Source: a virus
Taxonomy: Duplodnaviria; Caudoviricetes
IMG/VR virus record: IMGVR_UViG_3300010429_001264
Length of the DNA stretch: 64,000 bases
Direction: 5' to 3' (one strand)
Shown: positions 10,112-18,117 of the stretch, one piece after another
How the letters are laid out: every line of letters starts with the position of its first letter
Position numbering within the stretch: the stretch's first letter is position 1
Notes under the pieces: generated by a model
What the model saw: the letters and a program-made list of their open reading frames with translations, nothing else
Told to the model about the DNA's origin: nothing
Databases searched by the model: none
Program-made: the position numbers and the translations under genes

Positions 10112-10921
10112 ATGATTTCATGGATTGGAGGAAAAAGCAGGATAAGTAAATTTATTATACCTTTTATACCAAAAGATATAAAAACCTATGTTGAACCATT
10201 TAGTGGGGCAATGTGGGTTTATTTAAAGATGGATTTAAAAGATTATAATGACTTAAAAATAGTTGTATATAATGATTTTAATGATTATTTGACCAACTTA
10301 TTTATGTGTTGTAAAAATCATAAAGAATTTTATGATTTTATTAAAGATGTAAATCCTCAAAATAAAGATTTATTTTATCAATTTCAAGATGATCTTAATA
10401 AACATGAACCTTATGATATGCCAAATTTTGATAAGGCTTTAAAATTTTCATATTTGACTACACAAGTTTTCAGTGGAATATCCCCACTGGAAGGAAAATA
10501 TATCGATTTAAAGGATAAATATAAATCTAAATTTGACACATTTAAAGGCAAATTAATTGATAAAAAATATACAGATAATCTAGATAGAATAACAAATTTT
10601 GAAAATCTTGATTTTGAAGATGTTATAAAAAAATATGATAATGTAGACTCCTTTTACTATGTTGACGCTCCTTATTATAATGTTGGTGAAAAATATTATA
10701 GCAATCAATCTTTTTCATTGAATGATCACGAAAGATTAGCAAACACATTACGAAATATAAAAGGTAGATTCGCCATGTCTTATTATTATTTTGACCTATT
10801 AGAAGAATGGTTTCCAAAAGATGAATATCATTGGGAGTCAAAGGAATTCGCCAAGGCCGCTATGGCGAAGGCTGGAAAAGAACAGACAAAGGGGACCGAG
10901 TTGTTGATAATGAATTATTAA
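10112..10921 (+). CDS. dam: D12-class DNA adenine methyltransferase
   Basis: WIGGKS, YVEPFSG, VYNDFN, DAPY (DPPY variant), ELLIMNY. Confidence 0.85.
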   Translation: MISWIGGKSRISKFIIPFIPKDIKTYVEPFSGAMWVYLKMDLKDYNDLKIVVYNDFNDYLTNLFMCCKNHKEFYDFIKDVNPQNKDLFYQFQDDLNKHEPYDMPNFDKALKFSYLTTQVFSGISPLEGKYIDLKDKYKSKFDTFKGKLIDKKYTDNLDRITNFENLDFEDVIKKYDNVDSFYYVDAPYYNVGEKYYSNQSFSLNDHERLANTLRNIKGRFAMSYYYFDLLEEWFPKDEYHWESKEFAKAAMAKAGKEQTKGTELLIMNY

Positions 10922-11322
10922 TGTTCTTCTTCCCAACCCCAATCTTCTTCATTCCAAGGATCTTCTTCTGGGTTGTTTTTTCTTTTTCTTTTTTTACTAT
11001 AAAATATTTCTTCAATAGTATCTACATTAACATCGAAATCTGTTGAATAACGAACAATAATAGTGAAAAAAGCCATATTTGTTTCATTTTTAACCCACAA
11101 CAATTCAATGTCTTTTAGAAATGCGAATTCACTTATTGGATTTCCCATCACCTCATAACCACATTTATCTAAAATGAAAACGGCTCTTTTGAATTCATCG
11201 TCATTTTTAATATTTATTATTGCTCTAGATTTATCATTATCCAAAAAATTTCTTAATTCCTCAATATTATAATCATTTTCAGAATTTTTTTCAAATTGTT
11301 CATATAATTTCACATGTTTCAT
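10918..11322 (-). CDS. Hypothetical protein with CTS-like start and C-terminal EEDPWNEEDW
   Basis: MKHVKLYEQF. Confidence 0.75.
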   Translation of the reverse strand: MKHVKLYEQFEKNSENDYNIEELRNFLDNDKSRAIINIKNDDEFKRAVFILDKCGYEVMGNPISEFAFLKDIELLWVKNETNMAFFTIIVRYSTDFDVNVDTIEEIFYSKKRKRKNNPEEDPWNEEDWGWEEEH

Positions 11323-11353
11323 AAGCGATTATATTTTTTATCTATATATAAAA

Positions 11354-12067
11354 TTATTTTTTTATCAATTGATAGACTCCTCTCATATTTAAAATTGTTT
11401 CTGTTATAAAATATTGTTTTAAACTATCCACCATTCCTCCTCCTTGCTTATATATAACGACTTGGTTATCAATTATTCTACTTAGATTTTTAGCAAAATA
11501 TTCTCTGTCTTGTTTGTCTATAAGAGGCTCAAACATATATATCACGTCATAATCTTTTATGTCGTTTTTATGCATTTCTAATATATTTCTTTTCTTAATG
11601 TCTAATTTCATGCATCTTCCTATATTTGTTAGTCTTTCGTTTATTTCATAACCAGAACATATGTAGTTTTTAGGCATCATTTTAAAAATCAAACCTGGGC
11701 CAGATCCAAGATCTAAAAATTTTATTTTTTTATTGTTTTCGAATTTCGATGATACAAATTTTATAATATTTTCTAGTTTATCTGGCTCAGTTAGCCAATA
11801 ATTATATCTCATATCATCACTTGTCTGAATAAGTCTTCTAAGCCCACGAATGGATTTCGACATACAATATAGATTGCTGTTTAAAACATCAAACATCCAA
11901 TCATATTCGTTGTATCTTTTTCTGGAATTAAAAATATATTTAATATTTATGGAAAAATAACAACGAGCTAGATTTATTAAAAAATTTATATAATAAGATT
12001 TTGTGCTATATAATTTTAAGATTTTATGACAATCTTTTATAGTGTCGAACTCCCATCTTATGTTCAT
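11354..12067 (-). CDS. Class I SAM-dependent methyltransferase
   Basis: FLDLGSGPG, GYEIN, YDVIYMFEP. Confidence 0.75.
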   Translation of the reverse strand: MNIRWEFDTIKDCHKILKLYSTKSYYINFLINLARCYFSINIKYIFNSRKRYNEYDWMFDVLNSNLYCMSKSIRGLRRLIQTSDDMRYNYWLTEPDKLENIIKFVSSKFENNKKIKFLDLGSGPGLIFKMMPKNYICSGYEINERLTNIGRCMKLDIKKRNILEMHKNDIKDYDVIYMFEPLIDKQDREYFAKNLSRIIDNQVVIYKQGGGMVDSLKQYFITETILNMRGVYQLIKK

Positions 12068-12378
12068 ACGTCCAGAATATTTATTCTTGGTTTTTTAATA
12101 TCAAAATTATTAACACCATTGTTCCTCACCAAATGGATCTGATGATTGTCTCTACTTATCACCCTTGATGTTTTCGAATATGATTTTTTTTCTTCTTCAA
12201 ATGGATCATCACTCTTCTTATCTTTATCTTTTTTTTCTTTACCGACCATCTTTTCTCTTTCTTTCTTGGCTTTCTCTTCTTGTTTTTTATATTCTTCTTC
12301 GGGTGTTAACTCGCGTTTTTTGAACAAGTCTTTAAGTCCTTCATTTGTAAATTCATTGAATTTTTTTAAATTTTTCAT
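12064..12378 (-). CDS. Charged hypothetical protein with CTS-like start
   Basis: MKNLKKFNEFTNE; DDPFEEE. Confidence 0.7.
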   Translation of the reverse strand: MKNLKKFNEFTNEGLKDLFKKRELTPEEEYKKQEEKAKKEREKMVGKEKKDKDKKSDDPFEEEKKSYSKTSRVISRDNHQIHLVRNNGVNNFDIKKPRINILDV

Positions 12379-12430
12379 AATTTTTTTTTATTTTTTTAAT
12401 ATATATAATTAAAAAAAAGTCATTTTTTTA

Positions 12431-13156
12431 ATGTACAAGCAATTTGAGAAATTTAATCTTTGGAAAAAAATTAAGGATAAGGTTGTTTATATCGAGCCCA
12501 ATAGTATTTATGATTTTTCAAAGGATTATATAGACAAAATAGCCGAAAAGGTATCAAAGGAATTGGGGTTTAGATATTCTCATTTTGTGGGAATGGGCGA
12601 TTATGGCATAGCTTATGATGTTGGTAATGAAAAAGTATTAAAAATAACAACAGATAAAAACGAATATGAAATATCAAATTATCTGAGAACAAAAAACACA
12701 ACATATCTTATTGATATATATGATGTTAGAAAAATTGGAGAAACTGGATTGTATTCAATAGTTATGGACAAAGTTGAAAAATTGACATCGTTTGAAAAAA
12801 TATTTTTGGATAAATTAAATGGTTTTTTATACAATAAAAAAATGAATATACTAGATATTTTCTCCACATATGATAATGAAGATAAAATGAGATACTTTTT
12901 GGTGAATGAAATAAGTGATAAACCCGAGCCGTCTTATTCAGCTAATTTTAGTGTTTTATTAAAATTAATATCAGATCTTGTTTATATAAAATTAGAAGCA
13001 AGAAAATATAAAATAATTTGTTGTGACTTGCGAGCAGCCAATGTTGGATGGAAAAATAATGACAGTATAGGAAAACATCTCGTTTTCTTTGATATAGGAA
13101 GTTATGGAGAAAAGAATTTTAAAACTACAAAGAAAAGATTAAAAGATATATCTTAA
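12431..13156 (+). CDS. Protein kinase-like fold protein
   Basis: GMGDYGIAY Gly loop, VLK, helix-C Glu, DLRAAN catalytic loop, DIG. Confidence 0.8.
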   Translation: MYKQFEKFNLWKKIKDKVVYIEPNSIYDFSKDYIDKIAEKVSKELGFRYSHFVGMGDYGIAYDVGNEKVLKITTDKNEYEISNYLRTKNTTYLIDIYDVRKIGETGLYSIVMDKVEKLTSFEKIFLDKLNGFLYNKKMNILDIFSTYDNEDKMRYFLVNEISDKPEPSYSANFSVLLKLISDLVYIKLEARKYKIICCDLRAANVGWKNNDSIGKHLVFFDIGSYGEKNFKTTKKRLKDIS

Positions 13157-13173
13157 ATATCAAATTTTATCAT

Positions 13174-13263
13174 TGGCGGAGGGCAATGTTGCCGCCACAT
13201 ATCCTTTTAAGGGGACCGACAATTTAGCAGATTGCGACTATCAACTGGATAGTTTTACCCTCC
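13174..13263 (-). tRNA. tRNA-Ser(GCT)
   Basis: GGAGGGT/GCCCTCC-GCCA; GCAAT-CTGCTAA-ATTGT; long variable arm; atypical T-loop GGCGGCA. Confidence 0.85.
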
Positions 13264-13385
13264 ATTAATTTTTATTTTAATTTCTGATTTCTTTTTATAA
13301 TTGTAATTTTTTTTACATTTTTTACAACAACCCATTTTATTTATTAATACTATTATGTGAACTTTTTCCATATTTACAATAATCG

Positions 13386-13472
13386 AGGAAGATTACGGTA
13401 CCGACCCGTATACGACTTTCATCGTATCTACTGATTTCCAATCAGAGGAAGCGCCTCACTTCTCAATCTTCC
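13386..13472 (-). tRNA. tRNA-Ser(GGA)
   Basis: GGAAGAT/ATCTTCC; CTGA-TTGGAAA-TCAG; long variable arm; T-loop GTCGGTA. Confidence 0.85.
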
Positions 13473-13592
13473 ACATTAACAAGTGCCCGCCGGCACTTGG
13501 ATGGTTGCTGACATTCTTTTGTTTTACTTAACTAATAGTGCGCGTTACACCTAGTTTTTCATCCTCAAAGCGGGATACCATCATCACTGTAG

Positions 13593-13663
13593 CAGGCCTA
13601 CCCCGGATCGAACAGGGATCTAGAGATTTGGAGTCACTCGTGTTACCATTACACTATAGACCT
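13593..13663 (-). tRNA. tRNA-Trp(CCA)
   Basis: AGGTCTA/TAGGCCT-G; loop CTCCAAA; T-loop TTCGATC. Confidence 0.9.
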
Positions 13664-13666
13664 ATT

Positions 13667-13756
13667 TGGCGGCGAATATAGGAGTCTAACCTATACATCG
13701 GATTCTCACCGACTTCACAATTTTCGAAATTGCTAACCACGACAATGGGATTCGCC
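13667..13756 (-). tRNA. tRNA-Ser(CGA)
   Basis: GGCGAAT/ATTCGCC-GCCA; GCAAT-TTCGAAA-ATTGT; long variable arm; reduced D-arm. Confidence 0.8.
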
Positions 13757-13762
13757 AATTTC

Positions 13763-13825
13763 GGAATACTTTTTGGATTCGACAATTTTCAGTTGTAAAT
13801 TTTTTCTTTTTGCTGTTTGTATTCC
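13763..13825 (-). ncRNA. ACAGCAA-motif small RNA, copy 3 (inside tRNA cluster)
   Basis: GGAATAC-AAACAGCAA...ACAA-CTGAAAA-TTGT...CCAAAAA-GTATTCC; same plan as 20562-20617 and 20631-20689. Confidence 0.65.
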
Positions 13826-13830
13826 TCTCG

Positions 13831-13920
13831 CGGTAAAATGAGGTCCCGACCCCCAATCGTTTTCTAGACGATCCTGCTGTTTTCAAGACAGAGCTGACAA
13901 CCCCGGTCAGTTAATTTACC
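13831..13920 (-). tRNA. tRNA-Ser(TGA)
   Basis: GGTAAA/TTTACC-G; CTGT-CTTGAAA-ACAG; long variable arm; T-loop GTCGGGA. Confidence 0.85.
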
Positions 13921-13949
13921 AATATTTAAAAAGAAAGATTTTTTTCATG

Positions 13950-14022
13950 TGGGCCCGGAGGTATTCGAAACCTCATAGCATTGATTAAGAGTCAATTTCA
14001 TTACCAATTATGATACGAACCC
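13950..14022 (-). tRNA. tRNA-Lys(CTT)
   Basis: GGGTTCG/CGGGCCC-A; ATTGA-CTCTTAA-TCAAT; T-loop TTCGAAT. Confidence 0.9.
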
Positions 14023-14028
14023 ATTTTG

Positions 14029-14101
14029 TGACTCCGAGGGACCACGATTCCCTAACCCCTTGATTAAAAGTCAAGTGCTCTACCAATTGAGCTACGAAGT
14101 C
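14029..14101 (-). tRNA. tRNA-Lys(TTT) copy 1
   Basis: GACTTCG/CGGAGTC-A; CTTGA-CTTTTAA-TCAAG; T-loop ATCGTGG. Confidence 0.9.
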
Positions 14102-14108
14102 ATTTTTG

Positions 14109-14190
14109 CTGGTATAGTAAGATTCGAACTTACAGCCACGCTCACGCATTACCGGGTTGGAACCGGCTGGTCACGCCAATGAGTATACCA
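14109..14190 (-). tRNA. Atypical tRNA with CCA (Trp) anticodon and long variable arm
   Basis: TGGTATA/TATACCA-G; GCCGG-TTCCAAC-CCGGT; variable hairpin ATGC-GTGA-GCGT; GTAAG-TTCGAAT-CTTAC. Confidence 0.75.
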
Positions 14191-14200
14191 ATTTTTTTTG

Positions 14201-14272
14201 TGACCCCACTCAGATTCGAACTGAGACAACTACTTTAAAAGAGTAGGATTCTACCATTGAAATTATGAAGTC
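14201..14272 (-). tRNA. tRNA-Lys(TTT) copy 2
   Basis: GACTTCA/TGGGGTC-A; CTACT-CTTTTAA-AGTAG; T-loop TTCGAAT. Confidence 0.9.
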
Positions 14273-14304
14273 ATTTTTTTTTGTGGGTTCTTTCAGTCTC
14301 TTTG

Positions 14305-14377
14305 TGGGTCTCTTTGGTTACGCTCCAAACTCTTCAGTTCTTCAAACTGACGCTTTCACTAGATTAGCTTGAGATCC
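14305..14377 (-). tRNA. tRNA-Phe(GAA)
   Basis: GGATCTC/GAGACCC-A; TCAGT-TTGAAGA-ACTGA; T-loop AGCGTAA. Confidence 0.85.
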
Positions 14378-14380
14378 TTT

Positions 14381-14454
14381 TGGGAGTTTAATCAGAATCG
14401 AACTGATAACTTATCGGCCACAACGATAAATTTTTCCATTAAACTATAAACTCC
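14381..14454 (-). tRNA. tRNA-His(GTG)
   Basis: GGAGTTTA/TAAACTCC extended acceptor (G-1); TATCG-TTGTGGC-CGATA; T-loop TTCGATT. Confidence 0.9.
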
Positions 14455-14466
14455 ATATAAAATTTA

Positions 14467-14551
14467 CGGGGAAGTTTGGAATTGAACCAAAAATATATTG
14501 CATATTCATCAAAAAACAGAATACCATCTCACCTAAGAGATAATCTTCCCT
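14467..14551 (-). ncRNA. tRNA-like element / pseudo-tRNA with 11-nt anticodon loop
   Basis: GGGAAG/CTTCCC acceptor, ATCTC/GAGAT D-stem, TTTGG-TTCAATT-CCAAA T-arm, GTATTC-TGTTTTTTGAT-GAATAT. Confidence 0.55.
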
Positions 14552-14591
14552 ATAATATTCAGCCAACCATTAACAAAATAAATCTCATAAA

Positions 14592-14717
14592 TTACCAATT
14601 CATTTTTCTGCCCATTACCCATCCTTTTTTAATGTCTAAATTATTTGTGATATGACAACCTATATATTTTTTATTATTTATCTTATTGGTTATTTCATAA
14701 ATTATATAATATTTCAT
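14592..14717 (-). pseudogene. Internally deleted GIY-YIG (Seg-like) homing endonuclease
   Basis: MKYYIIYEITNKINNKKYIGCHITNNLD fused directly to IKKGWVMGRKMNW*. Confidence 0.75.
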
Positions 14718-15210
14718 ATTTCTTTTTTTATTCTATATATAAAATAAAAAAGTTCGATTTTGGTTCAATATGGATTACAGAAAAAAAAAACAGAAAGTTA
14801 TTAATTTCAACAGCGAGCATCCTCCTTTACGTCGAGCCTACCAATTTCGCCACTAAAGAAAACATATCATCGTTTAAATATTCATTACAACATGTCAAAG
14901 AACAAAAATATTGAACAAAAATAAGTAACAGCTCTCCTCTTCTTTCATAGATTTTATCATATAGAATCCTCGGTGTTTGTATCGAGTTAGTCTATACCCC
15001 AAACTTATTTGTTTGGATGCCAGTATCATTCAATTTTATTTGACTTCTTTCCGGCCCCCGTCTCTTTACGTACACGGTTACTGCCTTTATCACAGTTTTT
15101 CATCTGTGATCGGTACTTTACGTCGAATTTTTTAGGTCGTCCTATATCGGGATCGAACCAATAATAGGGTTTAAAAAGTTTAACAATTTCCCAACTATTT
15201 TTATTCAACA

Positions 15211-15223
15211 TTTCAAAGAACTT
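15211..15223 (-). promoter_or_regulatory. boxA-like antitermination site
   Basis: AAGTTCTTTGAAA; related GTTCTTTGA copies at about 14893, 51367, 51585 and 52332, all ahead of non-coding RNA. Confidence 0.7.
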
Positions 15224-15225
15224 AC

Positions 15226-15262
15226 AAAAAAAAATCCGAACTTTTTTTAGCTCGGATTTTTT
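15226..15262 (-). terminator. Intrinsic terminator (attenuator) upstream of tRNA operon
   Basis: AAAAAATCCGAGCT-A6-AGTTCGGATTTTTT, ending in a T9 run. Confidence 0.85.
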
Positions 15263-15293
15263 CTGTGAAGGAGGTATATATTAATATGATCTC

Positions 15294-15377
15294 TTAAAAG
15301 ACACAGACATCCCGAGCCGTTGGTTTTGATGACCAAAAACTGGAAAAATGTTTACTATGTTTCTTAAAAGTTCTCAT
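15294..15377 (-). CDS. Attenuator leader peptide MRTFKKHSKHFSSFWSSKPTARDVCVF
   Basis: 27 codons, below the ORF-track cutoff; 15 consecutive F/K/H/S/W codons; 3' part complementary to the terminator 5' arm. Confidence 0.85.
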   Translation of the reverse strand: MRTFKKHSKHFSSFWSSKPTARDVCVF

Positions 15378-15385
15378 TGTTTTAT

Positions 15386-15420
15386 TATATATTATGGAAA
15401 AAATATCATTTTTTTCCATT
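15386..15420 (-). promoter_or_regulatory. Conserved upstream motif TGGAAAAAAAYGAY-N13/14-TATATA
   Basis: Near-identical copies at about 20711-20745 and 52597-52630. Confidence 0.6.
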
Positions 15421-15484
15421 TTTGTTTCATTTATACGACAAAATTATAAAAAAGTTTGAAAATAAAAAAATAAATTTAATTTTT

Positions 15485-15697
15485 TTATATTTTTTTATCA
15501 TCAATTTTATTCAATTTTGCTGTTTTATACGTGATTTTAGTTCTTGCTGTTCCATAAAATCCCAATTTCTGATTAAATTGACATGTCAATAATCCTTGAA
15601 TTGTTTTCGATGTCGTTCCGCCGAATCCTACCCCAACTCCTTGAGAAAAACAAGTGCTAGATAATGCTAAGAATAAAAGAATGAATATTTTTTTCAT
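15485..15697 (-). CDS. Small secreted protein, possibly truncated
   Basis: Bacteroidota-like signal peptide MKKIFILLFLALSSTCFSQ. Confidence 0.55.
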   Translation of the reverse strand: MKKIFILLFLALSSTCFSQGVGVGFGGTTSKTIQGLLTCQFNQKLGFYGTARTKITYKTAKLNKIDDKKI

Positions 15698-15793
15698 TTT
15701 TTTTTGTTTTAAGTGACAAAATTATAAAAAAGTTTTAAAATAAAAAAATATTTTTGTTCTTTTAACTCTATATATTATTCCTTTATTTTCTAG

Positions 15794-16048
15794 TTATATT
15801 TTTTCTATTATAATTCTATACATATGATCTCCTCGTTCATAACCCGTCCGATCTTTTATCTTGTCACCGAGATTTACACAAAAAAGTAATGATTTCTTAT
15901 TTTTCCCAACCATGACCGGTGAACATTTAGATAAATTCTCACTTTTATATATTTCATGCAAACTTTCTGTGAGATCACAATGTTCTTCACTAAATTCAAT
16001 GTTTTCTTTTTTAAATGTTGACTCATCTATATATTCAAATTCTTTCAT
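15794..16048 (-). CDS. Hypothetical protein
   Basis: ORF in minus-strand operon. Confidence 0.6.
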   Translation of the reverse strand: MKEFEYIDESTFKKENIEFSEEHCDLTESLHEIYKSENLSKCSPVMVGKNKKSLLFCVNLGDKIKDRTGYERGDHMYRIIIEKI

Positions 16049-16068
16049 AATCTATATTGTTATTTTTT

Positions 16069-16554
16069 TTACCAATTCTTATATGGGTTTTTAACTAGAT
16101 TGCAGTTATAATATTTATCTATTCCTGTCACTTCTTCTGTAATAAATTTTGGTTTATGAAAAGACTCATTTTCATCATTCAATTCTATTTCAGCAATGAT
16201 AAGCCCATCATTATCGCCATCAAAAACATCTATTTCCCACACATGTTTTAAATCGCTTGTGCTGACATATCTATATCTAGTTTTAGATATTTTTTCTTGA
16301 CAAAACTCTAATAACTCTATAGCATCTTTTATTGGTATCTTATATTCATATTCCTTTCTAGATATACTACCTTTACCTTTTATTGTAATATATCCAAAGA
16401 GATCAGTTACCCTAATTCTCACTACTTTTTCTGGATCATCGAATAAATATCCTTGTTGTATCCTAAAAGAATGGCAATTCTCTTTTATTTTTAAAAAAAG
16501 ATTGTCATCAACAAGAAATTTTCTTTCTATTTCAATATTGCTGTTAGATTTCAT
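16069..16554 (-). CDS. CYTH domain protein (triphosphate tunnel metalloenzyme)
   Basis: EIERKFLV, QGY, VRIR, ITIKG, EYEY, KTRY, WEIDVF, AEIEL. Confidence 0.9.
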   Translation of the reverse strand: MKSNSNIEIERKFLVDDNLFLKIKENCHSFRIQQGYLFDDPEKVVRIRVTDLFGYITIKGKGSISRKEYEYKIPIKDAIELLEFCQEKISKTRYRYVSTSDLKHVWEIDVFDGDNDGLIIAEIELNDENESFHKPKFITEEVTGIDKYYNCNLVKNPYKNW

Positions 16555-16610
16555 ATTAATAATTATAATTACAAATTTAAAAAAAGTTTTACAATTAAAA
16601 AAATTAATAA

Positions 16611-17060
16611 TTAATCAGAAGTGTCATATTGATATAGTTTATTCTTCTTTATTATCGCCGAGACTCTACTTGCCCAGGCGCTAGACTGAGAATATCCACT
16701 TCTCTGTATCGCTTTTACCCATAAATTATAATCTTTATTACCCTTTAATGAATAGTAGAACTTTTTATTAGAAATAAATTCACAAAAATGATTAAAAGAT
16801 GCTGTGTCTGACACATATCCTCTATAATATTTACCTTTCTTTATTCCAAAATAATTATTTTTGTTCTTGCTCAAATAACTAGTTCCGTATCCAGTTTCAT
16901 GCGCTGATATACCAAGAATAATACTTGCTGGTATATCTGTTTTATTCATTAACTCTATTGACAAGTCTTTGTATTTTTCTATGTAGTTTTGTGTAGATTT
17001 TTGAGCGAATAACGATAAAGATAGTAGTGCCATTAGCACTATTAAGATTATTTTCTTCAA
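16611..17060 (-). CDS. GH73 glucosaminidase with signal peptide
   Basis: IPASII..SAHETGYG...NNYFGIK...GYS; N-terminal signal peptide. Confidence 0.9.
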   Translation of the reverse strand: MKKIILIVLMALLSLSLFAQKSTQNYIEKYKDLSIELMNKTDIPASIILGISAHETGYGTSYLSKNKNNYFGIKKGKYYRGYVSDTASFNHFCEFISNKKFYYSLKGNKDYNLWVKAIQRSGYSQSSAWASRVSAIIKKNKLYQYDTSD

Positions 17061-17332
17061 ATTTCATTTAATTTGTTTTTGATTTTTAAACACCAACTAA
17101 TAAAAAGATCAGCGCCGTCACATTGTTTAAAAATTAAAAGTGGAAAAGAGAGTCCACTAAAATCGTCACATTCTTATATATTAAAAAATAATATTAGTTT
17201 TTTTTAATATATACTATTATGATACAAGAATTTGAATTATTTGAAAATCAACGCAAAAGGCTCTCAAATAATCATCTCGAAGAGATGATAAGCTTTTTTT
17301 TATTTCATTGTCTGTTTTCTTATTGTTTGTTT

Positions 17333-17620
17333 TCATTTTAAATAAGTATATTCCAAAATTTTTGGATCTAATGTGTTACCTATTGGTTCAACAATAGATA
17401 AATCAGAAGTAGTTTGACCGTATATAACCTTTATTAAACCGGGTATCCCCCAATGTTCAAATGTTATTTCATACAAATCACCAAAAAAACATGATTCATT
17501 ATTATAAATTGTGTGAGTAACTTCTATCACATATTTTTTCGTTGTTATGAAAGATTGTTGTAATTCGATCAAAAAAAGTTTTGTTCCACTTGGAATTATG
17601 TATTTATCTCCGATTTTCAT
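17333..17620 (-). CDS. Hypothetical protein
   Basis: ORF track. Confidence 0.6.
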   Translation of the reverse strand: MKIGDKYIIPSGTKLFLIELQQSFITTKKYVIEVTHTIYNNESCFFGDLYEITFEHWGIPGLIKVIYGQTTSDLSIVEPIGNTLDPKILEYTYLK

Positions 17621-17838
17621 TTTATTTCCTTTTTGTTTAGTATCTTATTTTTTTATCAAAATCAAGCCCAAATGAATCCCTATCCAATAAGTTCTTCTTT
17701 CTTGAAATTTTTATCTATATGACTATCAATATCTTCCAATTTTCTAGATTGTTTGCTCGAAAGCCTTTTGGTTTTCTTATTACCAACTCTACCTCTTTGA
17801 TTTGGGGTCGATATTTCATTGAAACTTCTGCTCATTTT

Positions 17839-18060
17839 TTATGTATTTTCTGATTCATCAATTGATAAACTAACATATATTTCATTTTCTGGTGCTCGGC
17901 ACACACTTCTTTTTAGACAAGACCATTTCCCCATGTTTAAAGCGCATAAAAGACAATGATGTTCCCCAACATATTCTTGCGCCCCTTTATCAAGAGTGTT
18001 TTTTAGGTCATCAAAGTTTTTGGTTTCTAGATTCAGGATCAAAGTTTTTTTCATTTTCAA
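17839..18060 (-). CDS. Small Cys-rich hypothetical protein
   Basis: CLLC...C...C; follows TAnnTTTG at 18083. Confidence 0.55.
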   Translation of the reverse strand: MKMKKTLILNLETKNFDDLKNTLDKGAQEYVGEHHCLLCALNMGKWSCLKRSVCRAPENEIYVSLSIDESENT

Positions 18061-18117
18061 AATAATTTAAAATATTATTGAACAAATGTAAAAAATAAAT
18101 TCGAATAAAAAAAATAA

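Noticed and set aside
10660-10680. DAPY instead of DPPY implying an inactive methylase
   Set aside because: Catalytic Asp and Tyr and all other motifs are retained; insufficient evidence.
13480-13590. Extra tRNA between Ser(GGA) and Trp
   Set aside because: Hairpins are present (CAAGTGCC/GGCACTTG; GATGGT/ACCATC) but no cloverleaf.
15026-15211. 61-aa ORF as the attenuated gene
   Set aside because: Overlaps boxA and RNA hairpins and has no recognisable motif; not excluded but unsupported.
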